26,729 nt of DNA, from IMG/VR virus record IMGVR_UViG_3300009154_000224, positions 1-26,729 of that record. One strand, 5' to 3'. Every line of letters begins with the position of its first letter. The first letter of the stretch is position 1. The notes under the pieces are model-generated. The model was not told where the DNA came from and ran no database searches. It saw nothing but the letters and a program-made list of their open reading frames with translations. Origin of the DNA: a virus. Its lineage: Duplodnaviria; Caudoviricetes. Positions 1-7,467 of this stretch are shown piece by piece. A program made the position numbers and the translations under genes.

Positions 1-1
1 T

Positions 2-280
2 GCAGCTTCTCAGCTCAGTGCTTCGGTTGTCGATCTTAAAGACCCTCCGTTTATCGGCATGGATGCTCTCCGTGGAAGTAAGACGGACAAACCGGGTGAA
101 GCGGATGTGGTACTCACAATTGGAAAATATAAGGAGCCTAAATCACCAGAAGAAGAAATGATACGAACCATCAATGTTCCTAAGAACAAGCTCCCAGGTG
201 GAGGAGCAAAACAAATGGAATCAGAACGTCACGGACAATTTCTTGTGACTATTGATCCAATCAGAGCACGGTACGAATAA
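2..280 (+). CDS. SF4 (DnaB/T7 gp4-like) replicative helicase, C-terminal fragment (5'-truncated)
   Basis: The frame is open from base 2: AASQLSAS...LRGSKTDKPGEADVVLTIG...KNK. This matches helicase motifs H3 (SQL) and H4 (LRGS..EAD). It lies directly upstream of PolA. Confidence 0.85.
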   Translation, partial: AASQLSASVVDLKDPPFIGMDALRGSKTDKPGEADVVLTIGKYKEPKSPEEEMIRTINVPKNKLPGGGAKQMESERHGQFLVTIDPIRARYE

Positions 281-301
281 TTGAAAGGAGTATGGAAAAC
301 C

Positions 302-2233
302 ATGACCATACCAGCATTCGTGGCTATTGACGTTGAGACTACTCTCAATGGCAATGAAAATGTAGGACTAGCCCATCCTATGCACCCAGACAACAAAGTT
401 GTTGCATTTGGTCTTTGTGGAACAAAGCCTGTTGCAACATATGATGATAGTGAGTTTGAGTTTTACATAAGAACAATGCCCAAAGGCGTTGTGTATTGTG
501 GACACAACTTAGCTTTTGATCTGATGTATCTGTACAAGACTTCATCAGGTCTTAAAAGAATGTTGCAAAACTCTAAGATTTGGGACACTCAGTTAGCTGA
601 GTACATTCTCAGTGCTCAACAAACTAAATGGTCTAGCCTTGACGAGTTGTCTATTAAGTATGGATTGCCTGTCAAAGACGATACCATTAAGAAATACTTT
701 CAAGCAGGCATGGGTTCAGACAAGATTCCTAAAGAAGAGCTGATCCCATACTTAAAACAAGACGTAGAAAACACAGTAGCCATAGCTAAAGCACAATACG
801 AACAAGCAGTCAAAGAAGGTCAACTGACTTTGATGCTAACCCAAATGGAAGCTTTACACGCAACAGCAGAAATGCAATTCAATGGTTTGCACATTGATAC
901 AGCTAAGCTGGATGCGTATACAGTTGAAGTTGTTAACAGCTACGTTGATGTCAAACTTGATCTTGAAGCATTAGCTGAAGGATTAGTCGAAGACATTAAC
1001 AGCCCTAAACAGTGGAGCCAACTATTCTTTGGTGGCAAAAAGAAAGTCAAAATCAAAGAAGAAGTTGGTGTTTACAAAAACGGCAACACTAAGTTTAAGT
1101 TGGTTGAAAAGACAATCACTCTTAAACCTTTTGTTGTGTACACACCAGACCCAGACAAGGTGTCTAAAAAGACTGGTCAGATTTCTGTAGATGACTCAGT
1201 ATTAAGCGACATGCTCAAGCATACGTTTAATCCACGAGCTATCTCAATCATCAATCAGCTACTGAAATACAGAGAATTGTCTAAACAGCTTTCAACGTAT
1301 GTTCAAGGTCTTAGCAAAAACATCATTGGTGAATACATTCATGGCAAATTGAATCACACAGCAACTGTTACAGGTCGTTTGTCTTCAACTAACCCTAACT
1401 TGCAAAACATCAGCAACAATCCTATTAAACAAATCTTTAATTCTAGGTTTAAAAATGGTTGGATTGTTGAGGTTGATTTTAATCAGCTAGAAGTTGTTGC
1501 TTTGGCACACGTTACTAGAGACATTCAGCTTATCAAAGACATCTCAGGTGGAGCAGACATTCACTCAGAGTTGTACAGAGATATGTTTGGTAGGTATCCT
1601 AGCAAAGAAGAACGTAAGCCATTCAAAGCTAGAACGTTTCAATTGATCTACGGTGCAGGTGCTAAAGCTATTAGCAAACAAGCTGGTTGCAGCTTAGACG
1701 AAGCTAAGAAATTTGTTGATGTGTTCTACGGTCGTTACAAATCAGTAGCTGTTTGGCACAAAGAGTTTGCATCTAAAGCAGAGATTGAGTCTACTTACGG
1801 TTTTGATGAAGAAGGCTTTCGTGAGAAAACCAAAACCTTTATTTATCGTGCAGAGACTGGCAGGAAATTTGCTTTCAAAGAATATCACAGTGAGAGCGAA
1901 TGGTCGCCTAGAACTTACAACTTCAGTCCAACTGAGTTGAAGAACTACCCTGTGCAAGGTTTAGCTACTGGTGACATTGTTCCAATGATGTTGGGCGTTA
2001 TCTTCAGAGAGCTAAAGGGCAGAGATGATGTGAAAATGGTTAACACTATTCACGACTCTCTAATGTTTGACGTTGAACAAGAATCACTAGGTGACTTTAT
2101 AGAAGGGATTACAGCAATACTGAAAAACACACACAAGTATTTTGAAGATACATTTAACACGCCATTGGCCCTCAAGCTCAATGCAGGGGCATCAATAGGT
2201 ACAAATTGGTTTGAGATGAAAGAATTGACATGA
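302..2233 (+). CDS. Family A DNA polymerase with 3'-5' exonuclease domain
   Basis: Exo motifs DVET, GHNLAFD and YLKQD; TGRLSSTNPNLQN; motif A DFNQLE; motif B RKPFKARTFQLIYG; NYPVQG; motif C IHDS. ATG 302 downstream of AAGGAG is preferred over TTG 281. Confidence 0.95.
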   Translation: MTIPAFVAIDVETTLNGNENVGLAHPMHPDNKVVAFGLCGTKPVATYDDSEFEFYIRTMPKGVVYCGHNLAFDLMYLYKTSSGLKRMLQNSKIWDTQLAEYILSAQQTKWSSLDELSIKYGLPVKDDTIKKYFQAGMGSDKIPKEELIPYLKQDVENTVAIAKAQYEQAVKEGQLTLMLTQMEALHATAEMQFNGLHIDTAKLDAYTVEVVNSYVDVKLDLEALAEGLVEDINSPKQWSQLFFGGKKKVKIKEEVGVYKNGNTKFKLVEKTITLKPFVVYTPDPDKVSKKTGQISVDDSVLSDMLKHTFNPRAISIINQLLKYRELSKQLSTYVQGLSKNIIGEYIHGKLNHTATVTGRLSSTNPNLQNISNNPIKQIFNSRFKNGWIVEVDFNQLEVVALAHVTRDIQLIKDISGGADIHSELYRDMFGRYPSKEERKPFKARTFQLIYGAGAKAISKQAGCSLDEAKKFVDVFYGRYKSVAVWHKEFASKAEIESTYGFDEEGFREKTKTFIYRAETGRKFAFKEYHSESEWSPRTYNFSPTELKNYPVQGLATGDIVPMMLGVIFRELKGRDDVKMVNTIHDSLMFDVEQESLGDFIEGITAILKNTHKYFEDTFNTPLALKLNAGASIGTNWFEMKELT

Positions 2234-2772
2234 CAATGATGACAGGTATCGTAGAACAAGTTTCTACAAAAGATGTGACTACCAAGTTTGGTTTGAAGCC
2301 AACTTACTCTATCAAGGTTAACGGCGGTTGGGTTAAGTGCGGGTTTAAAGCACATAGCGCAAACGTTGGTGACGAAGTAGAGTTTGATGGCAACACAGGT
2401 ACTTATGGTTTAGAGACTAAAGCAGTTAACGTTATTCGCAAAGGTAGTGGAGTAGTTCCTCCAGCAGCACCAACTGTTACTAATAGCACAGCAGTGCCTG
2501 TTAAGCCCTCTTACGGGGGCTACAAGGAGAAAGTGTTTCCTATCCCTGCTTTGCATGGTGATCGTGCTATTGTTCGTCAAAACGCTTTGGCTCGTGCAAC
2601 TGATCTTTATGTTGCAGCTCGTGGTGGCAAACCATTTGAGTTGGAAGCAGAATCTCTTGACTTTGTTATTAAACTAGCTCGTAAATTTGAGGCTTATACT
2701 GCGGGTGATCTTGATCTAGCAGAAGCTATGAATGAAGATGCTGAAGAATCTAAACAAGGCGAATTGTTTTAA
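2230..2772 (+). CDS. Putative single-stranded DNA-binding protein
   Basis: Beta-rich OB-fold-like N-terminus, Pro/Thr linker, and an acidic tail ending in Phe (EDAEESKQGELF) as in SSB and T7 gp2.5. ATGA overlap with the polymerase. Confidence 0.6.
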   Translation: MTMMTGIVEQVSTKDVTTKFGLKPTYSIKVNGGWVKCGFKAHSANVGDEVEFDGNTGTYGLETKAVNVIRKGSGVVPPAAPTVTNSTAVPVKPSYGGYKEKVFPIPALHGDRAIVRQNALARATDLYVAARGGKPFELEAESLDFVIKLARKFEAYTAGDLDLAEAMNEDAEESKQGELF

Positions 2773-2795
2773 TTAGTTTCGTTGCTGTGGGTTTT

Positions 2796-2889
2796 GTAAG
2801 AGCTGTTAAGCCAGCATTCGAGGATGTCAACACAGGGAGTTTTCTGGCTTTCTGCCCTGTCTAGTTGAAGACCAAATCGAGGCTCTTAC
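2796..2889 (+). ncRNA. Candidate structured RNA with a pseudoknot (family not recognised)
   Basis: Nested pairings 2796-2803/2882-2889, 2818-2821/2877-2880, 2827-2831/2864-2868 and 2832-2837/2855-2860, plus a crossing 7-bp pairing AAGCCAG 2808-2814 / CTGGCTT 2844-2850. Located in the largest intergenic gap. Confidence 0.6.
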
Positions 2890-2895
2890 TCTTTT

Positions 2896-2924
2896 TAGGC
2901 TAATGATGTTATGTTATTGGCCTA
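2896..2924 (+). other. Stem-loop (11-13 bp including G-U pairs) upstream of the exonuclease gene
   Basis: TAGGCTAATGA-TGTTATG-TTATTGGCCTA. Every non-Watson-Crick position is G-U on the + strand. No U-tract follows it. Confidence 0.55.
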
Positions 2925-2960
2925 TTCCCCTGCAATCTTGCACACAACACTGGAAACAAA

Positions 2961-3674
2961 ATGAAAGCACTTATTGATGGTGACATTGTTGTTTATCGTG
3001 GTGCTGCATCAGCAGAAGAAGATGATGTTTGGATAGCCCTAGCAAGGGCTGACCAAATGATTCAAGACATTCTTGCTGATACAGGAGCTACGTCATACAA
3101 CGTGTACCTCACAGGCACAGGCAATTTCCGAAGAGACATTGCTCCTAGCTACAAAGCTAACAGACCTGATGCTAGACCTAAACATTGGGAAGCTGTACGA
3201 GAGTTCCTAATAACACAGCACAAAGCAATGATGTGCAACGGTTACGAAGCAGACGATGAGATGGGTGTACAGCAAGACAAAGAAACTATGTCTACTGTGA
3301 TCTGTAGCATTGACAAAGACCTTTTACAAATCCCAGGTAGACACTACAACTTTGTTAAGAAGCTGCACAGTGTTGTTACTCCTGAGAATGGTTTAAAGTT
3401 TCTTTATATGCAGAGTCTCATAGGTGACAGGAGCGATAACATTATTGGTGTAGCTGGCATTGGCCCAGTAAAGGCAGAGCGTGCATTAGCAGAGCTATTG
3501 CCTGAAGAGTGGTACGACAAGTGCCGTGAACTCTATAACGATGATGAGCGTTTCCATCTCAACATGAAGTTGTTGTATATCTGGCAAAAACCCAACGACA
3601 GTTGGGAACCCCCCACCACAACAACTGACTCGCCCCAAGGCGAGGAAGCAACACAACACAAGGAACAACAATGA
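2961..3674 (+). CDS. 5'-3' exonuclease (T7 gp6 / FEN-like)
   Basis: LIDGD, NFRRDIAPSYKANR, EADD, SIDKDL and GDRSDNIIGVAGIGP (helix-3-turn-helix) motifs. Confidence 0.93.
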   Translation: MKALIDGDIVVYRGAASAEEDDVWIALARADQMIQDILADTGATSYNVYLTGTGNFRRDIAPSYKANRPDARPKHWEAVREFLITQHKAMMCNGYEADDEMGVQQDKETMSTVICSIDKDLLQIPGRHYNFVKKLHSVVTPENGLKFLYMQSLIGDRSDNIIGVAGIGPVKAERALAELLPEEWYDKCRELYNDDERFHLNMKLLYIWQKPNDSWEPPTTTTDSPQGEEATQHKEQQ

Positions 3675-3871
3675 CACAAGACGTAAACATGCAACACATG
3701 AGCATGAAAGAGTATGTGGCTATAGCAATGCTTACAGAACTGGCAACTAAAGATGCTGTGCTAAAGATGATTGGTGAGAAAGAGACTACTGCTACAAAAG
3801 TAGTTGAGTCTTGTTTTAATTGGGCAGACATTTTTATGGCTGTACGTGAAAGCCGCAATGCCAAGACCTAA
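3671..3871 (+). CDS. Hypothetical protein
   Basis: 66-aa ORF with an ATGA overlap with the exonuclease and an AAGGA upstream. Confidence 0.7.
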   Translation: MTQDVNMQHMSMKEYVAIAMLTELATKDAVLKMIGEKETTATKVVESCFNWADIFMAVRESRNAKT

Positions 3872-4259
3872 ACGTCATTTATCAGCAGGCTACCGAAGTG
3901 GTCTAGAAGCACGGTTTCAAACTGCTTGCGAAGCAAATGGTTGGAAACTAGGTTACGAGCAAGACAAAATCAAGTACGTAATCCCTTCTAGCAACCACAC
4001 ATACACACCTGATTTTACTGTTACTAATAACGTCTACATTGAAACTAAGGGGTTGTGGACAGGTACAGACAGAAAGAAAGCTGTGCTAATTAGCCAACAA
4101 CACCCAGAAATAAAAATTCTTTATGTGTTGCAACGCAACCAGGGGCTATCTAAGAAAAGCAAAACAACTTACTTAGACTGGGCAGCTAAAAACAACTTGG
4201 ACGCTTGTGTGTTTTCAGACAACAAGCATTGGACAGATTACATTTTGAGACACCTATGA
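3858..4259 (+). CDS. Endonuclease I / Holliday junction resolvase (T7 gp3-like)
   Basis: YRSGLE, YTPDF and IETKG (PD-(D/E)xK) motifs. Start moved to ATG 3858 (MPRPKR). Confidence 0.92.
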   Translation: MPRPKRHLSAGYRSGLEARFQTACEANGWKLGYEQDKIKYVIPSSNHTYTPDFTVTNNVYIETKGLWTGTDRKKAVLISQQHPEIKILYVLQRNQGLSKKSKTTYLDWAAKNNLDACVFSDNKHWTDYILRHL

Positions 4260-4444
4260 TTGAAATTACACCTTTAGAGTTTGTGTTGTTAGTTGGTAAT
4301 GCAGTTCTTTTGTTTTTGTATTACCAACTACTCCACAAAGCTAAACAGCACCACTTTGCTATGGCAGCAATCTTGCATGGTTTGCATATTGGCAAACTAA
4401 AAATTATTGAAGCAGACAACTCTTTGAAAGTAGAACTGGTATGA
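4256..4444 (+). CDS. Small membrane protein, hypothetical
   Basis: ATGA overlaps at both ends. N-terminal hydrophobic helix FVLLVGNAVLLFLYY. Confidence 0.65.
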   Translation: MIEITPLEFVLLVGNAVLLFLYYQLLHKAKQHHFAMAAILHGLHIGKLKIIEADNSLKVELV

Positions 4445-4725
4445 AGATTTCAGCAGAAGCAGCAGACCGTAACCGCAAACTAATCAACAAGATTAAAGCT
4501 GGTTGGGATAAAGAAGCAAAAACCCCATTGCAATACTTTACAGAAATTAAAGAAGTTTCTAAAGAGTCTCTTGCATTAGCAACTTTGCCTAACAACAATA
4601 TGTTTGAGAGGGGTACTTATGTCCCTGGTGACGGAGAAGTTGTGCAAGGGTACAGACCTGGAAGTCAAGACCATTTAAATTACAAATCAAAAGGATTGTT
4701 ATTTGATGAACACAAAAATTCTTAA
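4441..4725 (+). CDS. Hypothetical protein
   Basis: 94-aa ORF with an ATGA overlap, inside the operon. Confidence 0.7.
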   Translation: MKISAEAADRNRKLINKIKAGWDKEAKTPLQYFTEIKEVSKESLALATLPNNNMFERGTYVPGDGEVVQGYRPGSQDHLNYKSKGLLFDEHKNS

Positions 4726-4864
4726 ACAAACAAGAGAGATGTGGAATGTGGCTGATGTTCCACGTGAAATAAATAGAGCTAACCAACTTAAATGGGTTCG
4801 ATCCATTCGTATGTTGGGAGATAAATGGTTGTTAGCAAAACCTATGGAGAGAAAAGATGTCTAA
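4706..4864 (+). CDS. Small basic hypothetical protein (52 aa, absent from the supplied track)
   Basis: Manual translation gives MNTKILKQTREMWNVADVPREINRANQLKWVRSIRMLGDKWLLAKPMERKDV*. It has an upstream AAGGA and exactly bridges the gap between its neighbours. Confidence 0.7.
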   Translation: MNTKILKQTREMWNVADVPREINRANQLKWVRSIRMLGDKWLLAKPMERKDV

Positions 4865-5072
4865 GTTTTACTTTAGAGCAACGATAGGCTCAGGAGATGA
4901 GCCTGTTATTTGTTGTCTTGATTACGAGTTTGACGATGCGGGGGTGTACAACACTGACCTTACAGAAATAATGTTTCAAGGTACAAACATTTTGTGGTGT
5001 CTTACAGAAGAAGTTCAATCGGAACTAGAGATGGAAGGCATTAAACAATTAGAGGAACCAGAGAATGACTGA
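4857..5072 (+). CDS. Acidic hypothetical protein
   Basis: 71-aa ORF with GGAGA upstream; overlaps both neighbours. Confidence 0.7.
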   Translation: MSKFYFRATIGSGDEPVICCLDYEFDDAGVYNTDLTEIMFQGTNILWCLTEEVQSELEMEGIKQLEEPEND

Positions 5073-5376
5073 TTCAGGATGGCGCAAGCGTCAAATTGCT
5101 GATGAAATCCATTCATGCAGCCCGTTTTGCACCCGACCTATGTGCGTGGCCGAAGCTGTACAAGCAGAGCGAGAGGCTTGTGCAAAATTGGCGGCAGCTA
5201 CTATTTGTGATACGCATATACCAACCGGCATAAAAATTTACGGGACTGTTGCAGCCAAAGCTATTCGAGCAAGAAGCCAAACCCCCTGCACTCACGAATG
5301 GATTGACGCTACCACCACAAAACCGCAGTGGCACTGTGCTAAGTGTGGCAAGGAATATACCAAGGAAAAAGCATGA
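5065..5376 (+). CDS. Hypothetical Cys/His-rich protein (possible Zn-binding)
   Basis: HSCSPFCTRPMC, AEREACAK and C-terminal CTHEW...CAKC; GAGG RBS. Confidence 0.7.
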   Translation: MTDSGWRKRQIADEIHSCSPFCTRPMCVAEAVQAEREACAKLAAATICDTHIPTGIKIYGTVAAKAIRARSQTPCTHEWIDATTTKPQWHCAKCGKEYTKEKA

Positions 5377-5585
5377 CTGACGAGGATTGGGAATTTAATC
5401 GAATCGAAATGGAATCTAGAGCTAGGATGTTGGCTGTGCAATATGCACTAGACAAATCACAGATTGTAATTCCATTGCCTATTACACAACAAGAGCTAGA
5501 CAAAGTTCTTGCAAAACACCCACCAAGCCCTATCCCGTTAATCACAGACGAAGAGTGGGCAGCACTTAACGAAGGTTCCGAATGA
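5373..5585 (+). CDS. Hypothetical protein
   Basis: Start moved to ATG 5373 (ATGA overlap, AAGGA upstream). Confidence 0.65.
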   Translation: MTDEDWEFNRIEMESRARMLAVQYALDKSQIVIPLPITQQELDKVLAKHPPSPIPLITDEEWAALNEGSE

Positions 5586-5872
5586 AAAGAAGCAGACACC
5601 AATTGATTCGTGATTTGTTATTAGATTCAGAAGATGGTTTAACTATTAAACAATTGGTAGAAGCACTTGCAGACAACGATAACCCCAAGTCTATACAAAA
5701 GACTGTTAAGAATATTTATGGGGTGTACATTGATCGTTGGGCAGTGCCTAAACGTGGACAATACGCAGCAGTGTATATGTGCATAGATGTTCCTAGTAAC
5801 GCACCACATCCAACAGAACGATACTTACCACAAACAACGTGGCAACCAACAACAACCAAAGGAATTCAATGA
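5582..5872 (+). CDS. Hypothetical protein, possible winged-helix DNA-binding
   Basis: IRDLLLDSEDGLTIKQLVEAL resembles the start of a wHTH; ATGA overlaps. Confidence 0.55.
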   Translation: MKRSRHQLIRDLLLDSEDGLTIKQLVEALADNDNPKSIQKTVKNIYGVYIDRWAVPKRGQYAAVYMCIDVPSNAPHPTERYLPQTTWQPTTTKGIQ

Positions 5873-6171
5873 GCTATGCAATGGTAGAACTAGACATCAT
5901 ACGTTGGGCTGAAGCACGTAAGATTATCCCCAACAGTACACCAGCAACTCAATTACTCAAAGCAATGAGTGAAATTGGTGAGTTAGCAGACGCAACTATC
6001 AAACAAGACAAACTTGGCATTGTTGATGGAGTAGGTGATGTTATGGTATGTCTTGTTAGCTATTGTGCTCTTCAAGATATTGATCTTGTAAGCTGCATGA
6101 AAGCAGCCTACCAAGAAATTAAAGATCGCAAAGGAACTTTGTTACCTAACGGGGTGTTTGTAAAGAAGTAA
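5869..6171 (+). CDS. MazG-like NTP pyrophosphohydrolase
   Basis: All-alpha pattern QLLKAMSEIGELADA...DGVGDVMV...AYQEIKDRKG. ATG 5869 overlaps the previous stop. Confidence 0.85.
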   Translation: MSYAMVELDIIRWAEARKIIPNSTPATQLLKAMSEIGELADATIKQDKLGIVDGVGDVMVCLVSYCALQDIDLVSCMKAAYQEIKDRKGTLLPNGVFVKK

Positions 6172-6174
6172 GTC

Positions 6175-6203
6175 TTGTAATTGTAATTTTTAAGATGTAC
6201 GAT
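6175..6203 (+). promoter_or_regulatory. Putative sigma70-type promoter
   Basis: TTGTAA (6175-6180), 17-bp spacer, TACGAT (6198-6203), upstream of a GGAG RBS and ATG 6242. Confidence 0.5.
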
Positions 6204-6241
6204 TGTTTTGCAACAGTATCGTTGTTTTACTTGGAGCAATT

Positions 6242-6454
6242 ATGTACAAACTTGAAATTGAATTGGGTTGGTTGGGTGACGGCAAATTGACTATTGAAAC
6301 TTCTGACTTTGACATTGTTGAAGTTATCAAAGAATTTGTTGAATTTCAAGAAGCCGAAGGCTGGATTGGCGCATGGGAAGGCGTTGCCTTTGAAGACTTG
6401 GAAGAGTCTGAAGAAGACGAAGCTGAAGAGGAAGAAGAAGCAGAGGCTGCTTAA
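6242..6454 (+). CDS. Highly acidic small protein
   Basis: 70 aa from ATG 6242 (GGAG RBS); 26 D/E versus 3 K and no R by manual count. Confidence 0.8.
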   Translation: MYKLEIELGWLGDGKLTIETSDFDIVEVIKEFVEFQEAEGWIGAWEGVAFEDLEESEEDEAEEEEEAEAA

Positions 6455-7419
6455 TCGACTACTTTAATCACACGGCCTCGAAACTCTATGGAATCGGGGC
6501 TGTGTGTTGTCACCAGTTCAGGCAATAACAATTTGCCATTTACAAATGTTAATACAGCAAACCCGCTGCGCCAGTTTAATGGGCCTTGCTCAGTGTAATC
6601 TTCAAATTGGGGGCCGTAAGGCTCTGCCAATGTTCCCGTATCAATCCCGTACCGTACACCGTTATAGTCGCTAAACGGAGTAACTTTGAGGCTATGCAAA
6701 TGGCCTGTAATGATGTTTTTGCCCGACCAGATGGCGTTGTTATGAGTGGCATGGATACCACCTTTAAAACGATGTTTAACAATTGTTCCTTCATTGATCC
6801 ACACTGACCAGCAAGGCTCCCAATCTGGGAAGTGGTCTTTGAGAGTGAAGCCCTTGACATGCTCATACTGTGGAGCATTTGCAGCAAGAAATGTTTCAAA
6901 CCGTGCATCATGGTTGCCCAAAGGCCACATCAGTTTGACATTATGCCTAGCTTTTTTAGCAGTCTCTTCAATCTCCCCCATGCAAATAGTACAAGCTTTA
7001 AGCTCCTCCATAACTGAAGGAGATTTAGCCCAACCAATGCGAGGATGTCTGCTGATCGCAGATCCATCAAAAATATCTCCGTTTGCAATAACCGCATTAG
7101 GTTTAAGTTCTTTAATAGCCCACAACAAACCTTTGAATGCAGTAGAGTAAATTCCCGGCCAAAAGTGGGCGTCACTAAACACAATCACTGTGCCATTTAG
7201 GATGCCAAGGTTCTTTTGCTGCGGGTGAACGTGTGCTATTTGAAGATGCTTATATTGCTCTTTATCTTGCGGAGCTTTAATAGCAATCTTTAATTTTTGT
7301 TCAATCTTTCTACGCCGCCTGTTAAGACCGGATTCGCTTACGCCCAATACTTTACTGGCCTCTCGGATTGAGGAGCTGTTTTCAATTGCGCTGATAACCT
7401 GTTGATCGGTATTGCCCAT
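6451..7419 (-). CDS. Calcineurin-like metallophosphoesterase with N-terminal HTH
   Basis: SDAH, GDIFD, GNHD, KH and GHLH motifs. N-terminal SIREASKVLGVSESGLNRR is HTH-like. Start moved to ATG 7419 (AAGGAAG RBS). Confidence 0.88.
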   Translation of the reverse strand: MGNTDQQVISAIENSSSIREASKVLGVSESGLNRRRRKIEQKLKIAIKAPQDKEQYKHLQIAHVHPQQKNLGILNGTVIVFSDAHFWPGIYSTAFKGLLWAIKELKPNAVIANGDIFDGSAISRHPRIGWAKSPSVMEELKACTICMGEIEETAKKARHNVKLMWPLGNHDARFETFLAANAPQYEHVKGFTLKDHFPDWEPCWSVWINEGTIVKHRFKGGIHATHNNAIWSGKNIITGHLHSLKVTPFSDYNGVRYGIDTGTLAEPYGPQFEDYTEQGPLNWRSGFAVLTFVNGKLLLPELVTTHSPDSIEFRGRVIKVVD

Positions 7420-7467
7420 TACAACTTCCTTCGCCAATAGAGCGTGACATGATTGAGTATGGTCGAA

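Noticed and set aside
292-330. Short out-of-frame ORF at the PolA start (ATG 292)
   Set aside because: Only 1 nt from AAGGAG, too close for initiation, and 12 codons long.
302-2233. Intein or intron in the polymerase
   Set aside because: Motifs are contiguous with normal spacing in a 643-aa ORF.
2796-2896. tRNA, hammerhead ribozyme or simple rho-independent terminator
   Set aside because: No cloverleaf with a TTCGA-type T-arm, no CTGATGA/GAAA core, and the closing stem encloses about 78 nt of further structure rather than a short loop.
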